The notes under the pieces were generated by a model. The model did not search any database and was not told the origin of the DNA. It saw nothing but the letters and a program-made list of their open reading frames with translations. A stretch of 64,000 bases of DNA, from positions 126,480,001 through 126,544,000 of the forward strand of contig NC_042999.1 of the NCBI RefSeq assembly GCF_006345805.1, written 5' to 3'. The DNA comes from Octopus sinensis. Taxonomy: Eukaryota. A program made the translations under genes and the position numbers. Numbering within the stretch: position 1 is the first letter of the stretch; each line of letters starts with the position of its first letter. This document shows positions 1 through 13,604 of this stretch, piece after piece.

Positions 1-5
1 ATATG

Positions 6-73
<68 letters not shown>

Positions 74-216
74 GAGAGAGAGACAGACAGACAGAGATAG
101 AGACAGAGAGACAGAGAGCAATAAAAAATGGAGGGGATCAATAGGTGGTTCATCAACTTTTAGACATTATATTATGTCAATTTATTTATTTATTTACTAA
201 AATGACAACTTCAAGA

Positions 217-293
<77 letters not shown>

Positions 294-300
294 ACACACG
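1..300. repeat. Compound microsatellites (TA)n, (GA)n, (CA)n; representative of dozens of tracts across the window
   Basis: Direct inspection; these tracts generate most ORF-track entries (YVCM, HT and YI repeats). Confidence 0.98.
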
Positions 301-599
301 ATGCGCTTCCACACAGTTTCTGTCTACCATCTTCATTCAAAAAGTATCGGTCAGTCCGGGTGTATAGTGAAAGACATCTGTCCAAGATGTCACGCAGGGG
401 GACTGTACCGAAAAACCACTCAATTACAAAGCGAGCTTCTTAACCACGAAGCCATACCTACAGCCTGTGCCATACTTTTATTGGCAGCTCTTCTGATGGG
501 CGTCGAGAGTGGTTTTCCCAAACTCTCGTGTACGAAACCGATTGGCAAAATCGGCTGAAATGGGTCTGTGACACTGTATTGCGTAAGTAATTATATGTA

Positions 600-846
600 C
601 ATATGTAAGTCACGTGATCACCTGACCGACCAGACTAATAGGTGTTGTTACACATCGTTTTAGCCCTCGAATGATGCCATCCTGCTAGCTAGGCGAGCAC
701 GCCAACATTTTCCCTGATCGAAAGGGGGACTGGGGCAGCGTGAACTGAAGTGTTTGCTCAAGAACACAACGCACTACCCAGTCTGGGAATCAAACCCACG
801 ATTTAGCGATCGTGAGTACAACAACCTAACCACTAGGCTACACGCC
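600..846 (-). mobile_element. tRNA-derived SINE with CORE/Meta-like central domain
   Basis: Minus strand GGCGTGTAGCCTAGTGG...GGTTTGATTCCC...TTGAGCAAACACTT. Confidence 0.7.
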
Positions 847-879
847 CTCGTGTGTGTGTGCGCGCACCCCCCTAGCCAC

Positions 880-1045
880 TACACATCTTTATTTTCTCTC
901 CTTGTTTCTTTCTGTGTTCCTTTCTGTGAAAGAGCGTAGGCTCGAAACGTTAAAGACTTTTTCACTTCCTGAGCGTTATACTAATACATCTGTTTGTTGT
1001 CTACACCACCTGCCTTCGTCTTTCGTTTTTTTTATGAATTCTCCC

Positions 1046-1060
<15 letters not shown>
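880..1060 (+). repeat. Penelope-like pseudo-LTR end (same family at 63540-63760; partial reverse copy at ~17480-17560)
   Basis: Shared sequence ...GAAGAGCGTAGGCTCGAAACGT...GACTTTT...CCTGAGCG...TACTAATACAT...CACCACCTGCCTTCGTC followed by (TA)n. Confidence 0.7.
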
Positions 1061-1091
<31 letters not shown>

Positions 1092-1300
1092 AAGCTAGTT
1101 ATATGAAGCCTTCCTTTACATGCTACTTGACTTCAGAAGCTACATGGATAATAAAGATTAAAATATTGTTTTCTCTCCCTCCCTCTCTCTCTCTCTCCCT
1201 CTCTTTCTCTCTCTCATTTTATCTAACCCCTGTGTGTGTATGTGAAAATATATACGTAAATTTAGCATTATTACTTGCAAGTGTTGTATGTTCGTTTATG

Positions 1301-1331
<31 letters not shown>

Positions 1332-1386
1332 ATGTATGTATGTATGTATGCATGTATGTATGTATGTATGTATGTATGTATGTATG

Positions 1387-3571
1387 CATGGGGGATGTGT
1401 ATGTGTATGTGTGTGTATGAGTGCGTGTGTGTGTGTATGCAAAAAAAATCATTGAAAAAATAACTTTATACATTAGTTTGTTCTTATTTGAGAAACGCTG
1501 TTTTCTTACAACTAATTGTTTTTAAATTCCTGATAAACTTGCATCTTCTATGTTGATGTTTACTGACTGTAAAAATATTGTGAAAATACAGCCAATGTTA
1601 TCTCAAATTTTTTACTTCAATTTCGAATTTAAACGGGTTTTTTTGTTTTGTTTTTTTTTTGTCTTTTAATGGTAAATAGGAAAAAAATTAGAAACAGTAT
1701 TCAATAATTCTTCTAAATTAAAAGTATACAGAGAAGTGAATAATGGCTCTCTGTTTTCAAATATTTTTCTTTTTGTCTTTTTAGCAGATAAGCGTTTTCC
1801 ATTTGAAAAGACGTGAATTGTCGAACCAGTAGGGGTAACAACAGCCACTCAAGAATTTAGAAGTTTTGTATGTTGTCTACTCGCAACGGAATACTGCATC
1901 CACATCTGGTTCGCTGCAGCTGTTGCTATGAGCACGAACATTCTAGACAGCGGTTCTCAAACAGAGCACCACCTCGATACACTAGCACTTCACAAGGGAG
2001 CATCTTTGTGCGCTATAGGTGCGTGGCCTAGTGGTTAGAGTGTTGAGTTCGCGTTCATAAAGCTGCGGGTTCAATTCCTGGATCGACCGGCGTGTTGCGT
2101 CCCTGATCCAGACACTTCATTTCATATAACTCCAGTCTATTCAGCGGCTATTAGTACCAACCAGCGAGATGGTACAGATCTCTCTCTCTCTCCTCCGGCA
2201 GTCATATTATGGATGCTTTGTTGGTTTTAGGATAAAGGGACCGATAAGGTACGACAATTAGCCAAAGCATGATACATGTTACCAAACATATTCGCCTGCG
2301 AGTAACGGCTGCTTATTATCTAAAAATTTAGAAAATCCAATTAATGCTTGAGTGTCTTGAAAAAAAAAACTGTTATTCATGATTTTGTTATACAAGTAAT
2401 CCTTAAGTAATCCGTATGTATGTATGTATGTATGTATGTATGTATGTATGTATGTATGTATGTATGTATGTATGTATGTATGTATGTATGTATGTATGTA
2501 TGTATGTATGTATGTATGTATGTGTATGTATGTATGTATGCATGGGGGATGTGTATGTGTATGTGTGTGTATGAGTGCGTGTGTGTGTGTATGCAAAAAA
2601 AATCATTGAAAAAATAACTTTATACATTAGTTTGTTCTTATTTGAGAAACGCTGTTTTCTTACAACTAATTGTTTTTAAATTCCTGATAAACTTGCATCT
2701 TCTATGTTGATGTTTACTGACTGTAAAAATATTGTGAAAATACAGCCAATGTTATCTCAAATCTTTTACTTCAATTTCGAATTTAAACGGGTTTTTTTGT
2801 TTTGTTTTTTTTTTTTGTCTTTTAATGGTAAATAGGAAAAAAATTAGAAACAGTATTCAATAATTCTTCTAAATTAAAAGTATACAGAGAAGTGAATAAT
2901 GGCTCTCTGTTTTCAAATATTTTTCTTTTTGTCTTTTTAGCAGATAAGCGTTTTCCATTTGAAAAGACGTGAATTGTCGAACCAGTAGGGGTAACAACAG
3001 CCACTCAAGAATTTAGAAGTTTTGTATGTGTCTACTCGCAACGGAATACTGCATCCACATCTGGTTCGCTGCAGCTGTTGCTATGAGCACGAACATTCTA
3101 GACAGCGGTTCTCAAACAGAGCACCACCTCGATACACTAGCACTTCACAAGGGAGCATCTTTGTGCGCTATAGGTGCGTGGCCTAGTGGTTAGAGTGTTG
3201 AGTTCGCGTTCATAAAGCTGCGGGTTCAATTCCTGGATCGACCGGCGTGTTGCGTCCCTGATCCAGACACTTCATTTCATATAACTCCAGTCTATTCAGC
3301 GGCTATTAGTACCAACCAGCGAGATGGTACAGATCTCTCTCTCTCTCCTCCGGCAGTCATATTATGGATGCTTTGTTGGTTTTAGGATAAAGGGACCGAT
3401 AAGGTACGACAATTAGCCAAAGCATGATACATGTTACCAAACATATTCGCCTGCGAGTAACGGCTGCTTATTATCTAAAAATTTAGAAAATCCAAATTAA
3501 TGCTTGAGTGTCTTGAAAAAAAAAACTGTTATTCATGATTTTGTTATACAAGTAATCCTTAAGTAATCCGT
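1387..3571. repeat. Tandem duplication, unit about 1155 bp, bounded by (TATG)n
   Basis: 1387-2415 and 2541-3571 are nearly identical; the paired ORFs at 1666 and 2822 give identical peptides. Confidence 0.95.
2018..2150 (+). mobile_element. tRNA-derived SINE (duplicated at 3173-3305)
   Basis: A box TGGCCTAGTGG and B box GGTTCAATTCC followed by a non-tRNA body. Confidence 0.75.
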
Positions 3572-3844
3572 ATGTATGTATGATGTATGTATGTAGTATG
3601 TATGTATGTATGTATGTATGTATGTATGTATGTATGTATGTATGTATGTATGTTATGTATGTATGTATGTATGTATGTTATGTATGTATGTATTGTATGT
3701 ATGTATGTATGTATGTATGTATGTATGTATGTATGTACGTACGTACGTACGTACGTATGTATGTAGGCCACGTGCCTTCACACACATATGCACGCACGCA
3801 CGCACGCGTGCACACACAAACACACAAACACGCACACACACACA

Positions 3845-3907
<63 letters not shown>

Positions 3908-4235
3908 ACACACACACACACACAAGCACACACATATGCATACACATATGCAATGGTTCTGGTCGGGCCTGAGAAGGTAGAATCTCATGTGTTGAGAGGC
4001 GGGCTTGCGTTCGAATTGGCATGATACTTAGTAGCTTCTGGGAAAAAGAGACTGTCAAAATAGCGACAGAAAAAGTAGCAATGGTTTATTACCAATCAGT
4101 CGTATTTCTTTTGGATGCATTCTAGAACTGGTTGTCAATGTATTTGGTTTTTGCGGTACACTGGATATTAAATAACAAATTTCTGGCTAAGTCACAATAC
4201 ATTAACAAACAACAGAACTTGATAATCGGACTAAT

Positions 4236-4342
<107 letters not shown>

Positions 4343-6774
4343 GCATAGAAATAGATAGATAAGCAGACAGAGATAGATAGACAAACATACAGACAGATGG
4401 GTAGATAGATATGACGGACTTTCACCCAGATTCCTCCAACCAACTTTCATGAAATTCTATTTATACGGTATTGACCAAACTGAAGCTATTGTAAAAGGCA
4501 CTTGCCCAAGATGCTATGCAGTAAGAACGAGCCCGAAACCCGTTAACTGCGAGGCGAATGCTTTAACCGTACAGCCATACTTACTTATCGTATACCTTAA
4601 GGATTAAGTTATACAAGTAATCCTTAATGGGGTATGTATTTAATGTGCACACAATTTTATGTTCCTCGGTACCACATGTTCTCAAAGAATACTGAATCCC
4701 TTTGTAAAGTGTTGTAGAGTTTTCTACTGTAAAACTGTGGCTGCGAAAGGTGATGAATTTTGGTGAACGGTATATTGTGAACTCAGAGTCGTTCTTGGTG
4801 CGAGTTCATAGTATTTTTTACCAGTTGAAAGAGCCGAGATGTTCTGCGATACCCCGTAGAAACCCTATGTCGCAATAGTTGTGGGCACATAAATAGCTAA
4901 TTTGCCGTTTAAGGTATTGCTATTACCCCGGTGATCACGAACGGTAACACTGCAACTCTGCTGGTGCAGCTGCGACGAACAATTTTGAGTTATCCCGACC
5001 ATTAACCACAATCTTGACGTTAAGCACAGGATGTTATTGCATGGCTTCTAATAGGAAAACGAGACAATTTTTTTCTGTAATACTGTTTTTATTTGCATTG
5101 ATCTCCTTACTCTCTTTGTTAAGAAAATCTGAAGGGTACGCGATTTACTCACAAAAGACATAGCTTCCTGATGATTAGCATGAAGATGTATGAGCGATAC
5201 GAAGAAAGTTGCTGAGCTCTACGGCAACAGAACATCAAGCGAAAAGCTTTCCACGTATCAACGGAAAGCCATTGCGTAGCTTTATCCTCGGAATGCTTCA
5301 AAATAACATAGATAACCAGATTTATCTGTTTTAAACAAATAACAGTTATGTAAGCTCTGGATTTGAATCGTATGCTTTGACAGTCCAAGAACGGGAAATA
5401 TCAAAATATCTGATGCACAAAAGAGATAGGAATACAGGTAAAGCAGCCGTTGCAGACTATGGAAATGACACCAAAGATGTAGCTCACTTCATAAACAACT
5501 GTCTGAAAATATCATCACGATGTTATTTACCCGAGACAGGATGTAAGGAACAAGAACAGTACATAGAAAAGATAATCCTGAGCATTAAAATCTAAACAGT
5601 TAGAGAAATGTAGGGGACATATTTACCAATAATTTGAAAGAATAATGTTGGAACGTTTGTTTCAAACATCTGAAAAAATTTAACAACAAAATCTTAACTT
5701 AAACATCTAAGAACAGAGAATATAAAAAGTGGACTGTTGTAGAAACCAGCTGACTAGCAGACGTTAATGTAATATTGATTTCGAATTTTGGCACAAGGCT
5801 AGCAATTTCGGGGAAAGGGATAAGTCGATTACATTGACTCCAGTTTTCAACTGGTACTTATTTTCTTGAGTTCGAAAGGACGAAAGGCAAAGTCGGCCTC
5901 AGTAGAATTTGAACTTAGAACGTATAGACGGACGAAATGCAGCTAAGCATTTTGTCCGGCGCGCTAACGATTCTGCCTACTCGTTATCATAGACATGAAA
6001 GAAAAAAAGAGAGAGCATCTCTGACGAAGTAATGAGAAATCTGCAGATACAACGCGCATGGGATAGTAGAGCAATTTGTTACATCTTGACTTCTGTATTG
6101 AGAACCTGGGCTTCACAGCACCAGAAAGAACAAGGTTGTCTAGAATATTACATATACAAGCCGTTAATAGAATTATAAAAATCTGTAGTAGTGTGTACAC
6201 TTAAATATCAAAATTCTTATTTTGGTATTTTCGTGTAGTCATCAATTTCTTGATGTTCAGTACAGAGTTGTTCCCCTTGATATGTTAAAAAAAAACATTT
6301 TAATATCATGGGTGATCGGAAAAATCGAAGGGAAAAATAAGTGTCCAAAGAATGATTGAAGATATCGAACGTATATATATTTTTTTAGGGCTATGAACTC
6401 AGTAATAACTTACGTAATTACAACAAAATTGCTGCAAAAAACTGTCTCTCTGTAGACTTCATAAAGAAAATATATATACTGGAACGAAATTCACCTAAAT
6501 TATTTCATAACAAACCTATGCGATTAAGCGACATTTGTTTAATACAAAAGGAAAGGACTGGTTGTAAATTTATTCCCTAAAACATTACTCAAATAATAGT
6601 TAATAAATATATTCCAATAAACATTACACGCATCCCGACCGGTGACTTGCACACGTGACATTTTCCCTCGGGATATGAAATCAGCTTAAAAATTCCTCAT
6701 AAAGGGAAACAACTCTGTATAACGTACGCCAAAATTTGTACTGGCCATTCGCGAGTTGCGAAAAAATAACATTA

Positions 6775-7170
6775 CTCTTTTTACTCTTTTACTTGTTTCA
6801 GTCATTTGACTGCAGCCATGCTGGAGCACCGCCTTTAGTCGAGCAAATCGACCCCGGGACTTATTCTTTGTAAGCCCAGTACTTATTCTATCGGTCTCTT
6901 TTGCCGAACCGCTAAGTGACGGGGACGTAAACACATCAGCATCGGTTGTCAAGCAATGCTAGGGGGACAAACACGGACACACACACTTATATATATATAC
7001 ATATATACAACAGGCTTCTTTCAGTTTCCGTTTACCAAATCCACTCATAAGGCATTGGTCGGCCCGGGGCTATAGCAGAAGACACTTGCCCAAGATGCCA
7101 CGCAGTGGGACTGAACCCGGGACCATGTGGTTGGTTAGCAAGCTACTTACCACACAGCCACTCCTGCGCC
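6775..7170 (-). mobile_element. Octopus-type tRNA-derived SINE, family A (full length, young)
   Basis: Head GGAGTGGCTGTGTGGTAAG...GGTTCAGTCCC, internal microsatellite, tail TGACTGAAACAAGTAAAAGAGTA. Other copies at ~310-470, 4440-4580, 9970-10170, 11200-11350, 25860-26090, 28140-28320, 38840-39000, 51060-51230, 52610-52800, 54965-55120, 56363-56520 and 63840-64000. Confidence 0.88.
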
Positions 7171-8100
7171 TATTTCATGTTTATTTCATTAACTTTTCCC
7201 ACACAAGTGTCAAAACAGTCCCTTATAAAAAGAAATTATATCGATAATTTTCATCTTAATTTCCTCTTTCAATACCGAAATCGGAATCTATGATGCAGAT
7301 TCTGTAAATAGCACACGCTTTCCACCGCTTTCGAATTCAAAGATTTAATCTGGAGTTTAAAAAACTCCAGATCAAATTTTTTAATCCGAAAACGGCGGAA
7401 AGCGTAATTCGTGGAATCCTTTTGAAAATTAAATCACAAAGAAAAATAATGATATGATCTCAAACTGTGCGTTAAAACTGAAGTAATTACATCGTGGAAG
7501 AGTTATATAAGCCATTTAAAAAACATTAAGAACTGTTAAATTCATTTTCCATTTATTTTTTGAGTTGTCAAATTTTTCATTGCAACACTGCAGCCTGGTC
7601 ATTAACACAATACCCTACAACTGTGTGAAGAGGTTGTTAATTATCGTTCGAGAAATTACAGTGATACAGTATCGGTCATTAGAACGCAGTTATGCGGCGA
7701 AAATTTGGACACTACAGTAATTAAATAATAATTTAACAGTTTGAAATTATTTTTGAATGACTAAAACTGGCTTTATATATTCCATAGAAACACTCAATTG
7801 GTTACAGTCAATAAAAATTACAATGAATAATGTTTTTTTCCATAGATCATGTCTCATAGGTAACTCTTTCTTATGGCAATGTATAGTCATTCAGGAATGG
7901 GGAAAAAAAGTTTCACGAGATGCAGTGAAACCAGAAATCCGAAAGTATTGTTATAGTACTATATCAACTACATACAATGGTGGTGTCCTTTAAAAAATTC
8001 AGGATCTGAAAGCGACAAGAAAAGAGTAAACAATCGAATACTGGTACAAAAAAAGTTGACCTATTATCGGCCCCTCTAGAATAGCATATATATATATATC

Positions 8101-8345
8101 GTTACTATTATGCTAAACTGTCGTTGTTCAAATTTGGCCAAATGCGAATTTTCAATATTTATTTTTGCTTACAATAGCTGGTTTTTTGGGTCAAGCTATC
8201 GTATCTCCAGCTGCTTCAGATGCCAAGATATCAAAAATTGTCGAAGTGTAGTACAATGGTTTTGCTATGGAATGGTGAAATTATTTTTTCGTTTTCTGGA
8301 AAAAACCAACGTTTTGGACTTACGACACTTTTGCATAATAGCAAT
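8101..8345. mobile_element. MITE-like element
   Basis: Imperfect 23-bp terminal inverted repeats (19/23 matches), lying between (TA)n and (TG)n tracts. Confidence 0.6.
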
Positions 8346-8425
8346 GATGTGTGTGTGTGTGTGTGTGTGGTGTGTGTGTGTGTGTGTGCGTGTGTGTGTG
8401 TACGTGTATGTATGTGTGTGTGCGT

Positions 8426-8501
<76 letters not shown>

Positions 8502-8722
8502 AGTCGTAGGGATGTTTGCCATGCGTGACGTATGTAACTTTACAGTTAAGTATAGACATATATTTACTCTGCTTCGCACATTAAGTTCTATTTCACCTGA
8601 GTGTACCACCAAACTTATATGTGTATGTTTATAACAGCGTTGTAGTTCGCTTGAAGCATTGTAATATCGAAGAAGGGCAAAAGGGAAAATAGGAGGGTTT
8701 CTGACAATGAGGAATGTGTCAC

Positions 8723-8903
8723 AAAACCTTTATATTTCAGGCACAAAGGCCCATCCTCAGAAGAAAAACAGCCTAGGAAATGTCCACTTATACCGTTAGC
8801 CTATTCAAATTCCCCGGCTTGAATTTAAATTTGAATCTGTATAATTGGACATTTCCTAGATTGTTTTTCTTCTGAAGATGGGCCTTTGTGCCTGAAAGGT
8901 TTT
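8723..8903. repeat. Inverted repeat of a Penelope-like pseudo-LTR carrying minimal hammerheads
   Basis: Arms ~8723-8793 and ~8839-8903. Minus arm reads TCTT-CTGAGGA-T-GGGC-CTTTGT-GCCT-GAAA-TA-TA-AAGG; plus arm has CTGAAGA but has lost the cleavage triplet. Confidence 0.75.
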
Positions 8904-9124
8904 CCTTTTTCCCTTCGGTATGTTTATGTACACATGTGTGCACATACATACAAACTAAAATACCCTGTTGTTGATGTTGAAATTCCAATGAAGGAGCCTT
9001 GGATCTATGTTAGAAACGGGTTCCTTCTCTGTTGGCAAGAAATTTTGAAATAAACTGAATAATGATATACATACATCATTTCATTTAATAAATACAAGGT
9101 TTAAATGTGAGCTACCTTAAATTT

Positions 9125-9770
9125 CATGCTCTAATTGTACAAAAATCAATAGACGGATGTGCATATATAGCGTGCTGTGTAATCCTGCAAACATTCAGAC
9201 TGAAAATAAAATATAGCTGTTCCTTGAGAAAAATCAAGAAAGAACAAGAAGAAAGAACTAGGGTAGAAAGTAAATGAAAAAAGGGAAACGGTGTGAAGAG
9301 TTGTGTTTCTTTGGTCGGTTTCAATGGGAATTGACAATAGTTGATGTGGTTAATTCGAAAGGGAACGATTAAAGTTTGCGATTGTATGTGTAATGCGGCG
9401 AGGATAGTATTCTCTAGTTTGATAACAGAAACTTGTCGAGATGCTTGAATTCAGTAGGCTGCTGGCGTTCTCCTTGACACATTAACGTATGGCGCGGATC
9501 GCTCAATGATGCTCCACTTGATGGTGTATGAGGCATTTTTTACCTTCAGGTCCCATATATGGTTAGCTAACTTAATGGCTTTCTTCTTATCTACGTGCAG
9601 GAAAGAAAACTGGTGGTTAACATATTTTTTAAAGTCACTTTCACAGAAACCAATATATTGTTTTCTTGAGTTTCGTTATATTGTAAAACTGATTTGACCT
9701 CTTCTTCGTATACCACTGAGCTAACCATGCCTAACTAGTCGACTGGGCAAGTATTCGTGTCTCTATACAG
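9125..9770 (-). mobile_element. Penelope-like element: C-terminal GIY-YIG endonuclease remnant and 3' UTR
   Basis: Broken-frame peptide TCPVD...SVVY...QYIGFCESDFKKYVNHQFSF...LANHIWDLK..N.SYTIKWSIIERSAPY.N.SRR. Confidence 0.85.
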
Positions 9771-9774
9771 ACAC

Positions 9775-9952
9775 TAACTAATTAAGATTGATCTACATAA
9801 TAAGTTGCTACATGATAGTATCTCCACTAAATATATAAAAGTTAGCATAGATAGATATAACGACATTAATGATGAGGCTAAACTCCTTACTAAACGAAGT
9901 AAAATTGATGACAGGTTAGAAAGTTTAGCTAAAGGAGAAGCTTTCATAACGT
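9775..9952 (+). mobile_element. Inverted Penelope-like RT-upstream fragment
   Basis: Open peptide NKLLHDSISTKY...DINDEAKLLTKRSKIDDRLESLAKGEAFIT, abutting the opposite-strand endonuclease remnant. Confidence 0.7.
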
Positions 9953-11091
9953 GTGTGCGTACGTGTGTGTGTTAGTCCCCAACCTCCGCTTGCCGGCTGG
10001 TGTCGGTGTGTTTGTATATATGTATTCTACTGGCAAAAGAGACCGAGAGAATAAGTACCAGGCTTATAAAAAAGAAATAAGTACTAGGATCGATTTGTTC
10101 AACTAAAATTCTTCAAGGTGGTGTCCCAGCATGGCCACAGTCTAATGACTGAAACAAGTAAAAGTAAAGTGTAGTAACAGAATAAGTGTTATAGAGATAG
10201 TCTAAAATATGATTTACAGATTCTTTTAAAAGACTGTTTTAAACTGGTGTCGGTGTAAACGCTTAGAAACTAAGGCACATCCTGTACTCTTTTGGAGTAC
10301 AAAAAGACAAATTCTTTTCGGAGATTGTTGCTCACAGCCGTCGTACAAAAGTGACGTAGCCTTACAGAATTATGAATCTTTATATCCCTACTTGCGATTT
10401 TGAAAATCAACTAACTCTGCATTCAAACTGTAATCATCCAAATATAATTTTATGGCATAATTTATTTCGAATTGTATCGTCTTTTTCAAGACAGTTGGGT
10501 GCGTTTTAATAGAAAACTAGATACTATATCAAGCAGGTCGAAGAACACGATAGAGGTATTCCAATGAAATAATATAAAAAGGGAACCTATGTAAGGGAGA
10601 TAACTTTGTCACTAACAAAATACATCAGCCAAATCGATATTACATACTGTCGCTACAGGCAGCGGTTCGGTAGAAACAGAAAATGCTACAGATTGTCATA
10701 GCAACAGAATATAGCGGTTACAATGGATAGACAAGTGATTAGCTGCATCGGTTACAATTCGATTACAGTTATTTCCTAGAGCTGTTACACACTCATATTC
10801 CTACCAAAGATGTTCCCGCTTTGATCGTCGTATTTTTTCTTTCGTAGCCCTAGTATATCAAGGATTACATCACTCAATATGTTTACGATGTTAAGTTGTA
10901 ATTTGAGGGAGATCTAGCTGCTATATCTGCATTTGGTTGTTTTATCATCCAAAAAATAAGAACCAATGGTCCAACCATTTGGGCACATGTATGTATGTAT
11001 GTATGTATGTATGTATGTATGTATGTATGTAGTATGTATGTATGTATGTATGTATGTATGTATGTAGTATGTATGTATGTATGTATGTATG

Positions 11092-11123
<32 letters not shown>

Positions 11124-12099
11124 TGTACGCATGTGTGTGTAAATGTATATATGTGTGTGAATGTGAGTGTGTGTGTACGCGCGTGTGTATATATTCTTTT
11201 ATTCTTTTCTTTTGTTTTAGTTATTTGATTGCGGCCATGCTGGAGCACCGCCTTTAGCCGAACAAATCGACCCCAGGGCTTATTCTTTGTAAGCCTAGTA
11301 CTTATTCTATCGGTCTCTTTGCAGAACAGCCAAGTTATGGGGACGTAAACACATAATTAAAATGAGAATACTAAATTAATGCAAAAAAAAAATTAAAATT
11401 AAAAAATAGAAAACAAAAAATTAATACTAAAATTTATTTTAGTATTTTCATTTTTATTTTTATTTTTGTCTGTATATTTTTATTTTAGCCTGAATATTTT
11501 TATTATTATTTATTATCTTATACACTTTATTTTATTTTTGTGCTTTTATATTTTATACCTTATATTTCATATATCTTATATTTAAATAAAATTATTAACA
11601 CACACACACACATGCACGCACATGCACACACTCTCACACACACACACAAAATGAAACATATTTTCATCTACATAGTCTGTAGGAGTATCTCAATGGATCA
11701 ACATGTAGTTTTCTTAATGTCCATTGGCCCTAAAGATATTTTATTCTAAATATTCAACATGCAAACTTATTTGATTCTATAAGTTTGTAATTTGTATTGA
11801 GTGTGAATTGAAACAACTATAGGCCTTCTGAAAAATATTAATAAATTAATTTATATCCATTGAATCTCACCATTTTCTTACTTAATAATAGTTGATAATT
11901 ATAATATACCTATTTTATATTGAAGAGATATTTCTCAACAATATAATATAGTAAACCCGTGTAACTTGGATGAAACAATCCCCATAAGAGGTTTATATTT
12001 CCTCAAAATGACTATATATATATATATACTGCTTAAGTTGCCTAAGAGACCATAAGTCAGGGAGAAGATGCACTACCCAATCTATATATATATATATCT

Positions 12100-13480
12100 T
12101 TATCATCATCTAACGTCCATTGTCTATGCTGGCATGGGTTGGATGGTTTGACTAGGTTGGCATGCTTGGAAGGCTGCACCAGACTCCAGTCTGATTTGGC
12201 ATGGTTTTCTATGGCTTGATGCTCTTCCTAATGCCAACCAGTCCAAGAGTGTAATGGGTGCTTTTACATGCCACTGGTATGGGTACCATTTGCATGACAC
12301 TGGTTTTGCTCAGTTTGATGGGTCTTCTTCTCAAACATGACATAATGCCAAAGGCATTTCTCTCAAGCTTACATATGTCCTCGGCTGGTATAGCCTATCG
12401 TTCGCTGCCATGCAACACAGCTGTTCACACATAAGCATTAAACAATCTGCCTTTCACTGAGAGCAGAGTTCGGAACTCTCTGAACTTTGCCCAGCCTTAT
12501 CTTATTCTCACAGCTATGCTCTTGGAACAACACCCCCAACACACACACTACTAACTTGGTCACATAGATACCGGAAGCTATCTACTACCTCCAGCTTGCC
12601 ACCCACCCGCTGGCAGTCGATGGAGTCTATTTACTGCACATGATCAGCATTTATTATGCCTGGGCACCTCCCACATACAAAAGTTAGTTTCTCTGTTAAC
12701 TTTTCTTTCATGTTGCTACACGTTTTGTGTATCCAAAGCTTACACTAGGTGTATCTTATGGCATTTCTACCTACACCTTTTCTACAGATTGAGCAGGACC
12801 ATCTATCTGAGGAGATTTGTCATTTGTCTGCCTTCCTACTTACTAAGATTTTGGTTTTAGCAAGGTTAACTCTAAGGTCCTTTGATTCTAGACCTTATTT
12901 CTATACTTGGATCTTCTTCTCTAGCTCAGGTAGTGATTCAGCTATAAGAGCAAGGTCATCAGCATAGAGGAGCTAGAGGGGCAGCCTATCTTGAATTTCT
13001 CCTGGAGGACTATGCTGAACAATCCTTGGTGAACCCCAACTTGTACCTTGAATTCTCCACTGTACTCATTGCTCACCCTCACTTTACTGGTAGCATCCCT
13101 GTACAAGGCTTGTACAGCTCTCACCAACCACTCATCTATCCCTAATTTCCACATTGACCACTAGATAAGGGATTAGGGGATTAAGCTTTCTCCAAGTCAA
13201 CAAAAGCCAAGTACAGAGGTTTATTTTTGGCTAGGTATTTCTCCTACAGTTGCCTTACCAGAAATATAGCATCAGTGGTACTTATACCTGGCACAAAGCC
13301 AAACTGCATCTCATCTAGACTAACCCTCTCCCTGATTAGTTGGGCTATGGCTCTCTCCACAACTTTCATCACTTGATAAAACAAATTGATACCTCTGTAA
13401 TTATTTCTATCATCACAGCTGATCTTACCAATGGATTTCATGTAAATAATACAATGGAGTGTTAGGTAACAATCCAATTA
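12100..13480 (-). mobile_element. Decayed RTE LINE fragment
   Basis: Broken-frame peptides NYRGINLF..QVMKVVERAIAQLIRERVSLDEMQFGF and WKLGIDEWLVRAVQALYRDA..GVHQG; (GAT)n-type tail at the left end. Confidence 0.88.
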
Positions 13481-13604
13481 TATAACTATACGCTCATTAG
13501 AGTTAGCCAATACGAAAGGGAATATGGTGACTGCTCACTATTGTCAGAAGTAGATTAGCACAACTGGTTGTTTACACGAAACCGATTGGTAAGATCAGCT
13601 GGTT

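Noticed and set aside
2018-2090. tRNA gene
   Set aside because: A and B boxes are present but there is no acceptor stem, and it continues into a SINE body
5153-5330. Possible minus-strand exon ending at a GTGAGT donor
   Set aside because: Acceptor ambiguous and peptide unrecognised
6014-6052. CTGACGA...GAAA-TCTGCAGA-TA hammerhead-like string
   Set aside because: No stem II and no stem I pairing; may be chance
8980-9070. CCAATGAAGG...GAAACGGGTT pseudo-LTR-like end
   Set aside because: Core and stems could not be assigned convincingly
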